From contig JAOUNI010000001.1 in assembly GCA_029881035.1 (NCBI GenBank), positions 28,924-92,923 on the forward strand: 64,000 bases of DNA, read 5' to 3'. Below are positions 42,851-52,280 of the stretch, piece by piece. The stretch is from Gammaproteobacteria bacterium. Its GTDB lineage: Bacteria > Pseudomonadota > Gammaproteobacteria > SZUA-229. The notes beneath the pieces were generated by a model that was given only the letters and a program-made list of their open reading frames with translations, was not told the DNA's origin and did no database searches. Position 1 is the stretch's first letter. Every line of letters begins with the position of its first letter. A program made the position numbers and the translations under genes.

Positions 42851-44212
42851 ATGTTTAATCTGAAACACATATTGATCATTTCATTTGCTGTAGCTACGCT
42901 GGCTACAGAACCAGTCATGGCTGGTTTGCCCGCTAGTGTAAATGGCGAGGCATTGCCAACACTGGCACCGCTGGTGGAGAAAACGCGACCTGCTGTGGTC
43001 AACATTGCTACCAGGGGGCGAACTAATGTTCAGAACAACCCATTATTGAACGATCCCTTCTTCCGACGTTTTTTTCAGGATTTTGGCAATGTACCGCAAC
43101 ATCGTGAGACCCGGAGTCTGGGGTCTGGTGTGGTTATCGATGCAGGCAAGGGCTTTATAGTTACCAATCATCATGTAGTTGATGGGGCAGATGAAATTCA
43201 AATTACCCTGTACGATGGTAAAGAATTTGCAGCTACTTTAGTAGGTTCTGATCCGGAGGCAGATGTGGCTTTGTTGAAAGTCGATGCAAAAAATCTCACT
43301 GAAATAGCGATGGCAGATTCCGACCAGTTGCGTGTTGGAGATTTTGCGGTAGCGATTGGTAATCCCTTCGGTCTGGGGCAGACCGTGACTTCGGGCATTG
43401 TGAGCGCTTTGGGTCGTACGGGTTTGGGCATAGAGGGTTATGAGGACTTTATTCAGACCGATGCCTCTATTAATCCCGGTAACTCCGGTGGTGCGCTGGT
43501 AAATTTGAATGGTGATTTGATTGGTATTAATACTGCGATTATCGCTGCCGGTGGTCAGGGTAATGTCGGTATTGGTTTTGCGATTCCGATTAATATGGTT
43601 CGCCAGATTGTTGATCAGCTAATCGAATTTGGTGAAGTGCGTCGTGGCATGCTGGGCGTTATTATGCAGAACTTAACACCCGAACTGGCTAAAGCTTTTG
43701 GACTTGATCTAAACAGTGGCGTGGTAATTTCCAAAGTAATTGAGGGTTCGGCTGCGGAAGAAGCCGGAGTTAAAGCCGGTGATGTGGTGGTCAGTATCAA
43801 TGGCGAACCAATTAAAAGCGCGTCGGCCATGCGTAATGCAGTGGGCATGTTACGTGTCGGTGAAAAAATGAAAATGGAAGTAATTCGAGATGATCGACGC
43901 AAGACTCTGACGGCAGTGATAAAAGATCAGGTGGATGAGAGCGTTGAAGGCAAGAAAGTTCATGAGCGTCTGGCGGGTGCGACCATTGAGCAATCGAATG
44001 AGGGGGGTGAAGTTTATCTGGTGGTAACCGAGGTTGAACAGAACAGCCCTGCCTGGCAATCAAGCCTGCGCAAAGGCGACATCATTCTTTCAGTGAACCG
44101 AAAGGCGGTGAAAACACTGGAAGAATTTAAGCAGGTTGTCGGTGATAAAAGTAAGCAGATTTTGCTGAATATTCAGCGTGGACGTTCGGCCCTGTTTATT
44201 CTTATTCAGTAA
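42851..44212 (+). CDS. degP: Periplasmic serine endoprotease DegP/DegQ (HtrA family, two PDZ domains)
   Basis: Catalytic triad context (TNHHVV, D-x-ALLK, GNSGGALVN). Two PDZ domains. Confidence 0.9.
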   Translation: MFNLKHILIISFAVATLATEPVMAGLPASVNGEALPTLAPLVEKTRPAVVNIATRGRTNVQNNPLLNDPFFRRFFQDFGNVPQHRETRSLGSGVVIDAGKGFIVTNHHVVDGADEIQITLYDGKEFAATLVGSDPEADVALLKVDAKNLTEIAMADSDQLRVGDFAVAIGNPFGLGQTVTSGIVSALGRTGLGIEGYEDFIQTDASINPGNSGGALVNLNGDLIGINTAIIAAGGQGNVGIGFAIPINMVRQIVDQLIEFGEVRRGMLGVIMQNLTPELAKAFGLDLNSGVVISKVIEGSAAEEAGVKAGDVVVSINGEPIKSASAMRNAVGMLRVGEKMKMEVIRDDRRKTLTAVIKDQVDESVEGKKVHERLAGATIEQSNEGGEVYLVVTEVEQNSPAWQSSLRKGDIILSVNRKAVKTLEEFKQVVGDKSKQILLNIQRGRSALFILIQ

Positions 44213-44219
44213 GATTGTT

Positions 44220-44654
44220 TTAACTGCTGGGTGCATCGTGCACCCAGCGTTCTTTATGGCCGGTGGTTTCTTTTTTCCAGAAAGGTGCACGAGCTTTGAG
44301 TTCTTCGATTAAATAGCGACAGGCGGAAAAAGCATCTTCACGATGTGCCGACCAGGCCGCAGTGAGCACTATCGGGTCGCCGGGTTTGATGTCTCCAAAA
44401 CGATGGATGACCAGGCAGTCGACCAGTTCCCATTTATCTGTTGCTTCTTTGCACAGCCGATCGAGAAACTTTTGCGTCATTTCTGGATAGTGTTCCAGTG
44501 TCATGAGTTGCACATCGGTGCCAGCATTGAAGTCACGCATGGTACCGATAAAATTGGTACAGGCACCATAGCTGCCGGGGCATAGATGCTGATTCTGATA
44601 TTGCGCTAACTCCTTGAGCGGATCGAGTGCCTGTTCGTACAAATAGGCAGGCAT
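44220..44654 (-). CDS. moaE: Molybdopterin synthase catalytic subunit
   Basis: Collinear with MoaE (GACTNFIGTMRDFN...HRFGD...REDAFSACRYLIEELKARAPFWKKE). Confidence 0.9.
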   Translation of the reverse strand: MPAYLYEQALDPLKELAQYQNQHLCPGSYGACTNFIGTMRDFNAGTDVQLMTLEHYPEMTQKFLDRLCKEATDKWELVDCLVIHRFGDIKPGDPIVLTAAWSAHREDAFSACRYLIEELKARAPFWKKETTGHKERWVHDAPSS

Positions 44655-44656
44655 CT

Positions 44657-44887
44657 TTAACCCCCGGTTACTGGCGGAAAGAAGGCAACCTCATCTCCAT
44701 CATTCACCACGTCATCTGGTTTGGCATAATCCATATTGATGGCGCATAGCGTATTAACAGGGTAGTCACGTGATGTGACCTGATCCCATATCTCACGGAT
44801 TGTGATGTTTGCTCTGGCTTCGATCTGGGTCGAATCCATACCCAACATTTCACGCAGGCTGGCAAAAAATTTAACTTGTATACTCAT
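44657..44887 (-). CDS. moaD: Molybdopterin synthase sulfur carrier subunit
   Basis: MSIQVKFFASLRE...DEVAFFPPVTGG. The C-terminal Gly-Gly is the hallmark of MoaD. Confidence 0.85.
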   Translation of the reverse strand: MSIQVKFFASLREMLGMDSTQIEARANITIREIWDQVTSRDYPVNTLCAINMDYAKPDDVVNDGDEVAFFPPVTGG

Positions 44888-45007
44888 GGCTAGCATATTA
44901 ACTTTTTTATTAATGGGCTGTCACGCTAGACGCTTTGATATTCACGGCTTTATGCCATGGCCGGCTCTTGTTATGCTAGTCATCAAGATAAACGTACAGA
45001 GAATGTT

Positions 45008-45484
45008 ATGACCGACAAATTGAATCATTTTAATGAACGTGGTGAAGCGCATATGGTGAAGGTGAGCAATAAAGCCTCAACCCACCGGCGTGCCGTAGCC
45101 GAAGGCAGTATCTACATGCAGGATGAAACTCTGCAGCGCATTCTCGATGGTGACAACAAAAAAGGTGATGTGCTAGCCGTGGCCCGCATAGCCGGCATCA
45201 TGGCTTCCAAAAAAACCGCCGAGCTGATTCCGCTGTGTCACCCACTAGCTTTATCTCATGTCGATATTGAACTGCTGCCAGACGAAACAACCGCCAGCGT
45301 GCTGTGTCGTGCCGCCGTAGAAACCATAGGCAATACCGGCGTTGAAATGGAAGCATTAACTGCGGTGCAGATTACACTGCTGACGATTTATGACATGTGC
45401 AAAGCCATGGATCGTGGTATGCGCATGAGCGACATAAGGCTGCTGAATAAATCGGGTGGCAAATCAGGTGAGTGGCAGCGTTAG
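45008..45484 (+). CDS. moaC: Cyclic pyranopterin monophosphate synthase
   Basis: [27 protein letters not shown]...[10 protein letters not shown] is canonical MoaC. Start chosen at MTDKL. Confidence 0.9.
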   Translation: MTDKLNHFNERGEAHMVKVSNKASTHRRAVAEGSIYMQDETLQRILDGDNKKGDVLAVARIAGIMASKKTAELIPLCHPLALSHVDIELLPDETTASVLCRAAVETIGNTGVEMEALTAVQITLLTIYDMCKAMDRGMRMSDIRLLNKSGGKSGEWQR

Positions 45485-46549
45485 ATGGTGGCTGGTCAGT
45501 TAAGTAGCAACGCCAGTTTTGCGGATCAGGTGCTGGCCTGGTTTGATCAGCATGGCCGCCATGACCTGCCATGGCAAAAAAATCGAAATCTCTATCGAGT
45601 TTGGCTGGCTGAAGTCATGCTCCAGCAAACCCAGGTGGCGACGGTCATCCCTTATTACCTGAATTTTCTAACGAAATTCCCCGACCATCCCCATCTTGCC
45701 AGTGCTTCACTGGATGAGGTCTTAACGCTGTGGGCAGGTCTGGGCTACTACACGCGTGCCCGTAACCTGCACAAGGCTGCCATTGCCATACAGGAGCAAC
45801 ATCAGGGGCAGTTTCCCGAGTCATTTGAAGAGGTGCTGGCACTGCCTGGCATTGGTCGTTCCACGGCGGCGGCGATACTGGCGCAGTCACTAGGGCAGCG
45901 ACACGCCATTCTCGATGGCAACGTCAGACGGGTATTGAGCCGCTATTTCGCTATTGAGGGCTGTGCTGGGAAAAAAGAGGTTGAGAATAGCCTTTGGCAG
46001 AAAGCCGAAATTTGCACACCCTACGAACGACTGGCCGATTATACGCAGGCAATGATGGATCTGGGCGCCACCGTCTGTACCCGATCATCCCCTGATTGTA
46101 GTCATTGCCCAATCATGAATGGCTGCCGGGCAGTAAAATATCAGAGAGTTAATGAACTGCCCACGCCCAGACCCAAAAAACAGATACCTGTTAAAACGGT
46201 GCGCATGTTATTGCTGACCAATAAAGATGGTGAGCTGTTACTGGAAAAACGCCCGCCTACCGGCATCTGGGGTGGACTATGGAGCTTGCCCGAGCTGGCG
46301 CTGGAAGATGATGTGGCACAGGCCTGTGAGCAGCGTTGGGGGTGTCAGATTGATCATTTTGAAGACCAGGCTGGTTTAAGGCACACTTTTAGCCATTATC
46401 ATCTTGATATAACACCCTGCAGAACTCACGTAATAAAGTCCTCATTAGACGTGCGTGAGCCCGGTCAACAGCGTTGGTGCAATGCGGATAATTACAAAGA
46501 ACATGCGCTGGCAACACCGGTAGCCAGTATTTTGCGTCAGTATCTGTAA
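45485..46549 (+). CDS. mutY: Adenine DNA glycosylase
   Basis: HhH-GPD region (WLAEVMLQQTQV...LPGIGRSTAAAI). Fe-S Cys cluster (C-x6-C-x2-C-x5-C). C-terminal NUDIX-like domain. Confidence 0.92.
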   Translation: MVAGQLSSNASFADQVLAWFDQHGRHDLPWQKNRNLYRVWLAEVMLQQTQVATVIPYYLNFLTKFPDHPHLASASLDEVLTLWAGLGYYTRARNLHKAAIAIQEQHQGQFPESFEEVLALPGIGRSTAAAILAQSLGQRHAILDGNVRRVLSRYFAIEGCAGKKEVENSLWQKAEICTPYERLADYTQAMMDLGATVCTRSSPDCSHCPIMNGCRAVKYQRVNELPTPRPKKQIPVKTVRMLLLTNKDGELLLEKRPPTGIWGGLWSLPELALEDDVAQACEQRWGCQIDHFEDQAGLRHTFSHYHLDITPCRTHVIKSSLDVREPGQQRWCNADNYKEHALATPVASILRQYL

Positions 46550-46648
46550 TAGAGGCACGATAGCTGCGCTAATGACTTGACTCGTAGCGGGTGAGAGGCT
46601 TAAATACGCATCCTCTGAGCAGTTCTGCTTAGATCGCTTACAGCATAC

Positions 46649-46724
46649 GGCCGAATAGCTCAGTTGGTAGAGCAGCGGATTGAAAATCCGCGTGTCGCTG
46701 GTTCAATTCCAGCTTCGGCCACCA
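46649..46724 (+). tRNA. tRNA-Phe (anticodon GAA)
   Basis: 76 nt. Acceptor GGCCGAA/TTCGGCC. Anticodon loop TTGAAAA gives GAA. TPsiC GGTTCAATTCC. CCA end, followed by a T-run. Confidence 0.92.
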
Positions 46725-46880
46725 TTTTTTTACCTTCGTTCATACTCTTTCAATATAGAAACAATTGCTCTCTGGCTCGGGTTTTGCTATTTTGGCTATT
46801 CTTTGAACCAATGCAAAAGCGTAACTGCCGAATTGACCGATATCACTGAAACAAAATATCTAAAGAGTATTTCACCACCT

Positions 46881-47576
46881 ATGGCGCCCAAGAATAATCT
46901 CCTCAGATTTCTCGCTCACATCGTGTTGCTGTTCATGTTGGGGTCCTATGCATTCGCTACTGCAGAAACGCTCTATATTAGCGATGAACTCAAGGTTGCA
47001 TTGCGTAGCGGAGCAAGCACGCAACACCGTATCATATCTTTCCTTACCAGTGGCGCAGAGTTAAGTGTGCTGGAAACTAGTGTCGACGGTGACTTCTATC
47101 GCGTCAACGTCGATGGTAAAGAAGGCTGGGTAAAAGCCGAATATGTGATGAAATCGGCCAGTGCGCGTGCACAGTTACCGGTGCTTAATAAACGCATTGA
47201 TGTGCTTAAGGCCGACATCAGGAGCGAAAAAGCTACAACGGCTGAGCTTAGCGCGCGTATCAAACAACTCGAAGAAGATAAGCGCGCATTGGAAAAAACT
47301 CGCGACGGCATCAATGACTCGCTGGAAAATCTCAAGCAGGTTGCAGCAAAACCATTTGCCATTGCTCAACAGAACAAGGAGCTAGAAGCTGAGCTGGCGA
47401 AAATTGGCAATGAGCTCGCATTTTTACAGAACGAAAATGCGTTCCTGCGTGATCGCAATATTAAGGAATGGTTCATGATCGGCGGCGGTGTGTCGCTTGC
47501 AAGCCTGTTCTTCGGACTGATCATTCCGAACATCCGTTGGCGCCGCAAACGCGATAGCTGGGGTGGCGGGATCTAA
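46881..47576 (+). CDS. SH3b-domain membrane-anchored protein (YgiM/TIGR04211-like)
   Basis: N-terminal signal/TM. SH3-like segment (LYISDELKVALRSGASTQHRIISFLTSGAELSVLE...GWVKAEYV). Coiled-coil. C-terminal TM and basic tail. Start chosen downstream of the tRNA. Confidence 0.6.
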   Translation: MAPKNNLLRFLAHIVLLFMLGSYAFATAETLYISDELKVALRSGASTQHRIISFLTSGAELSVLETSVDGDFYRVNVDGKEGWVKAEYVMKSASARAQLPVLNKRIDVLKADIRSEKATTAELSARIKQLEEDKRALEKTRDGINDSLENLKQVAAKPFAIAQQNKELEAELAKIGNELAFLQNENAFLRDRNIKEWFMIGGGVSLASLFFGLIIPNIRWRRKRDSWGGGI

Positions 47577-47589
47577 TAATTCGATATTA

Positions 47590-47621
47590 ATAAAAACGCC
47601 CCATAGTTGGGGCGTTTTTAT
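47590..47621. terminator. Rho-independent terminator after the SH3b gene
   Basis: AAAAACGCCCCAUAGUUGGGGCGUUUUUAUUU. Confidence 0.65.
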
Positions 47622-47668
47622 TTGTACAAGCTAAATTTTATGGAATAAACCAGAACAGGACATAGCAA

Positions 47669-48109
47669 TCAGAGATCTTCAAAGACGAGAACTGTAAACA
47701 GGGCTTTTACTTTGTCAGTGACCATATTTTTATCTATATAACTAATGCCTAGTGGTGTTTTCGCAACCCAGTCAAGAACATCTGCGTGGCTGTTTAGTTC
47801 ATCAGGTGCGCCTTTTTTACCGGTGGATTTCTTGCGTGCCCAGTAACGTTCGTGTCTCGTTTCTCCCATTTTAAGTACATACTCAAGAAAGTATTTACGA
47901 TCCGGGCTACCGTTAGAGTGGTTGGCTGGAATAGCTTTGTGACCACTAGGAAATGTGGTGGCTTCGCCAAGGAATATTTCTTTGACCATCTCTTCATTAA
48001 GTTCGCCACCGTCATAGTCCGGATGAACAATAATAGCTAGCTCAGCATACGCTGTTGTACTACTGGTAATAATCAGCAATATAAAAAAACTTATCAATTT
48101 TTTAAACAT
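47669..48109 (-). CDS. Small periplasmic single-lobe PstS-like (PBP superfamily) protein, paralog A
   Basis: 146 aa. Signal peptide. Segment LNEEMVKEIFLGEATTFPSG...GSPDR...ISYID resembles one lobe of phosphate-binding PstS. About 40% identical to the neighbouring paralog. Confidence 0.5.
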   Translation of the reverse strand: MFKKLISFFILLIITSSTTAYAELAIIVHPDYDGGELNEEMVKEIFLGEATTFPSGHKAIPANHSNGSPDRKYFLEYVLKMGETRHERYWARKKSTGKKGAPDELNSHADVLDWVAKTPLGISYIDKNMVTDKVKALFTVLVFEDL

Positions 48110-48289
48110 GCGGTCTATTCTCCAAAATGTGTAGAGGTAAAAATTCTGTTATAAATTTCAATTCAAATAGATCTGCTAATGAGTAAATGTGCTTATTGTA
48201 TATTCGTATTAAGAATTTGAAAATTTATAGATCTGAAGAGAAAGACTGAGTTTTCTAGAGCTTCTCCCTGTAATCACAGAATAATTTAA

Positions 48290-48730
48290 TTAAACAGCAT
48301 CAAAGCCGGAAATTGTCAATAATACTTTTACGGTATTATTGACTTTGCTGGAATCGATATAACTTATGCTACCGGGTGTATTAGCAACAGATTTCAATAC
48401 AGCTTCGTAAGAATCCCGCTCAGTTGGTGAATGTCCAGTGCCTTTTGATATCTTGCGTTGCCAGTGACGTGTATGATTTGATTCAGGCATGTTCAGGACG
48501 GATGAAAAAAACTCTTTACGATCTGGGCTACCAACAACATGGTTAATTGGAATTGCATGAACTCCATTCGGGAAAGATTTACGCTCACCAAGGAATAATT
48601 TTCTTACATTCAGGATATCGATTTTGCCAGTATCAGAGCTGGGGTGGGTAATAATTGCCAGATCTGCACAAGCGGCAGTGCTGATAAAGAGGACAAACGA
48701 TGCGGTAAGAATTCTCAGTTTGGTAAACAT
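48290..48730 (-). CDS. Small periplasmic single-lobe PstS-like (PBP superfamily) protein, paralog B
   Basis: 146 aa. Signal peptide. LNVRKLFLGERKSFPNG...GSPDR...ISYID. Tandem duplicate of the upstream gene. Confidence 0.5.
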   Translation of the reverse strand: MFTKLRILTASFVLFISTAACADLAIITHPSSDTGKIDILNVRKLFLGERKSFPNGVHAIPINHVVGSPDRKEFFSSVLNMPESNHTRHWQRKISKGTGHSPTERDSYEAVLKSVANTPGSISYIDSSKVNNTVKVLLTISGFDAV

Positions 48731-49197
48731 GATATTTTACTCCTGGAGTATCAATAAGTTTGAGGAATGGCATTTGTGCCAATATTTATTTGATGATTTT
48801 AAACATTTGAATTTTGCCAGTGCTAATGGTCACCGTAAGGGTGGTTCCTGATAGCATGGGAAATAATGGTATGGCATGATGTGAGGTAATCATTAAAACT
48901 ACAGATTCAGAAAAGCTAACACTAATTCTCCCATGGTTAGTATATTACTATATTAGAAAATTGCATTAATTCGGCGGTGAGAGGTTGTAAAAAGCCGATA
49001 AAGTGTATAAAAAATTAGTTAGAGTGAATGAGCTTAACTAAAGTGGCCCTGAATCGTGGTCAAGTAGATATTGCATTGATAAGATTCACGCTGTCATATG
49101 GCATATTGTCAAAAAAGCAATCGCTAATTCTATAGATATTATTGCCATGATGATTAAATCTGCTTAGGAGCTACATGCTCCCTTCAAATTAGAGATA

Positions 49198-50484
49198 ATG
49201 ATTAGAATAGAGAAAATCGGGGTCTGTCTATTATCTCTGCATATATTATTTTTTATGCCTGTGGCAAATGCCCTTATTTCGAATGAAACTGTCTGGTATG
49301 AAAAAGATGTTAATGATCAGCCAGTAATTCATTTATATTTTTTCTGGTCTAATGAATGTCCGCATTGCCTTAAGGCGAGGCCAGATATTATTGAGATGGA
49401 TAAAGAATACCCCTGGTTAAAATTGGACTCACTTGAGCTGATTCAGCATCCTGAAAACAGACAAATATTTGAAAATATGGCTACAACGTTGGGGCGTGAT
49501 GTGCGTAGTGTGCCTACTTTTATGTTCTGTGGGAATTTAATTAGCGGATATGATAATAAAAACACTACTGGTCAGTTATTAAGAACTTATTTGCAAGCAT
49601 GCTATCAGTTTGTCAGAGAAAATAATCCTGATAATTCGACACATTTTATACTGGATGCAAATGAATTAACATCGATTGAGATACCTGTCCTTGGGACAGT
49701 GTCATCAGATGATTATTCATTGCCAGTGTTGACCCTGTTTATTGCGGGTATGGATGCATTTAATCCCTGTGCTTTTTTTGTCTTGTTATTTCTGTTGAGT
49801 ATGATGGCGCATGCTCGTAGCCGGAGCAGGATGGCATTAATCGGTGGCATTTTTGTATTTTTCTCGGGTGCTATATATTTCCTGTTTATGGCAGCGTGGT
49901 TAAATTTATTTATTTATCTGGGAGAGTTGCGAATAATTACATTACTGGCAGGCGTAGTTGCCATTTTTATTTCACTAATAAATATCAAAGACTATTTCTG
50001 GTTTAAAAAAGGGGTGTCATTAAGTCTGTCTGATCAGGCAAAACCAGAATTGTTTGATCGTATACGTTATTTGTTAAGGCTTGATTCAGTAATTACGGCT
50101 ATTTTTGCGACGGTTGTACTGGCTGTTGTCGCCAATAGTTATGAATTATTATGTACGGCTGGATTTCCCATGGTGTATACACGAATTCTGACTTTAAAGA
50201 TGTTGCCAGTCGAGAGTTATTATTTGTATCTTTTGTTATACAACCTGGTTTATGTCATTCCTTTGTTGGTTATTGTTGCTCTGTTCACGGTAAAACTAGG
50301 TTCCAGGAAACTATCAGAGCGTGAAGGTATGGTATTAAAATTGTTGTCCGGTGTTATGATGTTAGTGCTAGGTTCGTTGCTGGTGGTGGCACCACAATTA
50401 TTAAATAATATTGTGGCGGCAGCAATAATGCTGGTGTTTTCTGTTAGTGTTACCTGGCTAATTACTAAAGTAAAGAAAAGATAA
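49198..50484 (+). CDS. Thioredoxin-fold plus CcdA/DsbD-like transmembrane fusion protein (N-terminal periplasmic Trx CPHC, C-terminal 6-8 TM with membrane Cys pair)
   Basis: Signal peptide. Trx motif FFWSNECPHCLKARP. TM domain with AFNPCAF and LLCTAGFP cysteines characteristic of CcdA/DsbD beta. Confidence 0.6.
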   Translation: MIRIEKIGVCLLSLHILFFMPVANALISNETVWYEKDVNDQPVIHLYFFWSNECPHCLKARPDIIEMDKEYPWLKLDSLELIQHPENRQIFENMATTLGRDVRSVPTFMFCGNLISGYDNKNTTGQLLRTYLQACYQFVRENNPDNSTHFILDANELTSIEIPVLGTVSSDDYSLPVLTLFIAGMDAFNPCAFFVLLFLLSMMAHARSRSRMALIGGIFVFFSGAIYFLFMAAWLNLFIYLGELRIITLLAGVVAIFISLINIKDYFWFKKGVSLSLSDQAKPELFDRIRYLLRLDSVITAIFATVVLAVVANSYELLCTAGFPMVYTRILTLKMLPVESYYLYLLLYNLVYVIPLLVIVALFTVKLGSRKLSEREGMVLKLLSGVMMLVLGSLLVVAPQLLNNIVAAAIMLVFSVSVTWLITKVKKR

Positions 50485-50509
50485 TTTATTTAGTCTTTTG
50501 AGTATTGTG

Positions 50510-50881
50510 TTATTTAGGGCGGTTCTTTTTTTCTAGCGCCGTGGCATCAAAAATTATATTCCCCCAGCCGTATTTCATGAAAGTTCGGATATTTATATGA
50601 TCGATAGCATCGGGATGTTTTAATACATCATCACGATAATAACGGCCAAAACAATTTAAAGTTTGTTCTTTATCTAATTTATGCATCAGTGCAAATGAAA
50701 ATATTTTACAGGAACCCTCATTTTCACCTGCCTTGCTGACGATGAAGTCGTGATCAGGGCCGTTGCGAAATGACGTTGGACTGTAGTTATAAGATTTATC
50801 GATATAATTTATTATGTCTTCAAATTCTATGCTTTCAGACTGTGATTTGATTTTTTCTATTAATGTCTCTGAATGTTTCAT
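50510..50881 (-). CDS. HopJ-family protein
   Basis: 123 aa. ...GSCKIFSFAL...CFGRYYRDDVL...NIRTFMKYGW... matches the HopJ type III effector family signature as remembered. Not searched. Confidence 0.55.
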   Translation of the reverse strand: MKHSETLIEKIKSQSESIEFEDIINYIDKSYNYSPTSFRNGPDHDFIVSKAGENEGSCKIFSFALMHKLDKEQTLNCFGRYYRDDVLKHPDAIDHINIRTFMKYGWGNIIFDATALEKKNRPK

Positions 50882-50949
50882 GATGTGTTTGTATAAGTAG
50901 TTTTGTATTTTAAGCTTGAAAGGATAATGCTTGCTGGTGATGGTGAAAA

Positions 50950-52263
50950 TTAATGTGGATGAATGTTCAGTTCCAGTTCGATTATTTTTAGATTATAAAA
51001 ACGCACTGCATTTGACAGATTAAATATTAATGTTAACTGTGAGATTATAAACAATAATGCGGCCGGATAATAAAACCATTGTGGCCAGTTGGTTGCTAGT
51101 GCCAGCAATATCAGGCTGGCCAGATGAAAACGAAATTGCCAAAGACCCGCCGTTTCAGGAATAATCTTGCGCATGTGTGGTACTTTGACCTGAGACTCCC
51201 TTTTTCCCTGGTCACGTAAATTTTTATTATGCGTACTGAGATGTAACCAGATTAAAAATGGGAATATTTTGTACATCATGCCATTCACGGTGCTCATGGC
51301 AAATCCGAAAATCATTAACACACCTAACAGAAATATGGGTGTATTAGCCTGGATTAACGTTGGTATTAACCAGGTCAATGCGAGAAATATGAGGCTGATC
51401 ATGGCGAGCTGCCAGAAGTTCATGGTCAGGTCGGCAAGCTGGCGCCGTCGTGTTTGTAACACCCATAAAGTAGTGACTGCGAAAGTCAGCAAGCAGGTTG
51501 CAAGCAGTGCGCTGGTAATGGTGTTCAATATTGTCAGTGGCCAGAAATAAGTCAGGCTCAGCGTCAGCAGGGTGACAAAGACTATCCAGCCGATCCAGCG
51601 TTGATGTAGAACAGGATACTCATCAGTAATCTGGAACATGGGAATAACCTGATAGGCTACAGCCATGATCAACAGTGCTACCCAGCCCAGCAACCCCCAG
51701 CTTAAATGCAGATCGGTCAGATGCCGTGACAGCGGCCATGTTTGGTTGGCATAACCCATGGCCAGATAGAGGCCGAAGATGGCTGTGATAAACAGAGCCA
51801 ATAGTGCTAGTAACATCATGCCGCGTGTGGCGTGCTGGTTTTTTGAGCGCAATAAACGCTCTGTTGCCATAAGGATAAATACGCTAAAAGAAAAAGCCAG
51901 CGATGCCATAGCAATGATGAACAGTGTATTGATGTGTAGTAACCAGGCGATGCCAAGACTGGCGCTACCGAGAAATAATGAGGCATGAATAATGCTGCTG
52001 AAAAATATGGGTCGTGGGATCATTATGCCCATTAATACGGGCATAAGTTGCATCATGGCACCACACATACTCATAGCGAGAAAACCCAGAGTCAGAAAAT
52101 GGGTGACGGCCAGCAGCTCGGGTGTCCAGCGGTTAGTGAATATTTCCGGACCATACCAGAGCATGACTAGTGCCGCAGCCAGGCCAAATAACGGTGCGCT
52201 GATGAAGAATCGTGCAGGTACGGAAAAGGGTGGAGATTGCTGGAGTGATAGATTGGCGTGCAT
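50950..52263 (-). CDS. nnrS: NnrS-like haem/copper-containing polytopic membrane protein (NO-response)
   Basis: 437 aa, about 12 TM, conserved His in TM segments. Operonic with a hemerythrin and a DUF2249 protein, the typical NnrS neighbourhood. Family call partly from context. Confidence 0.5.
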   Translation of the reverse strand: MHANLSLQQSPPFSVPARFFISAPLFGLAAALVMLWYGPEIFTNRWTPELLAVTHFLTLGFLAMSMCGAMMQLMPVLMGIMIPRPIFFSSIIHASLFLGSASLGIAWLLHINTLFIIAMASLAFSFSVFILMATERLLRSKNQHATRGMMLLALLALFITAIFGLYLAMGYANQTWPLSRHLTDLHLSWGLLGWVALLIMAVAYQVIPMFQITDEYPVLHQRWIGWIVFVTLLTLSLTYFWPLTILNTITSALLATCLLTFAVTTLWVLQTRRRQLADLTMNFWQLAMISLIFLALTWLIPTLIQANTPIFLLGVLMIFGFAMSTVNGMMYKIFPFLIWLHLSTHNKNLRDQGKRESQVKVPHMRKIIPETAGLWQFRFHLASLILLALATNWPQWFYYPAALLFIISQLTLIFNLSNAVRFYNLKIIELELNIHPH

Positions 52264-52280
52264 GTAGTACTGAAGAATAT

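Noticed and set aside
44225-44250. Hairpin CTGGGTGCATCGTGCACCCAG as a degP terminator
   Set aside because: It lies within the 3' coding end of moaE and lacks a following T-run. Possible but not supportable.
46664-46880. ORFs overlapping tRNA-Phe (46664-46849 and the 5' part of the 46680 ORF), and the 16682-16870 ORF over tRNA-Pro
   Set aside because: They overlap well-formed tRNA genes. The real SH3b protein start is taken at 46881.
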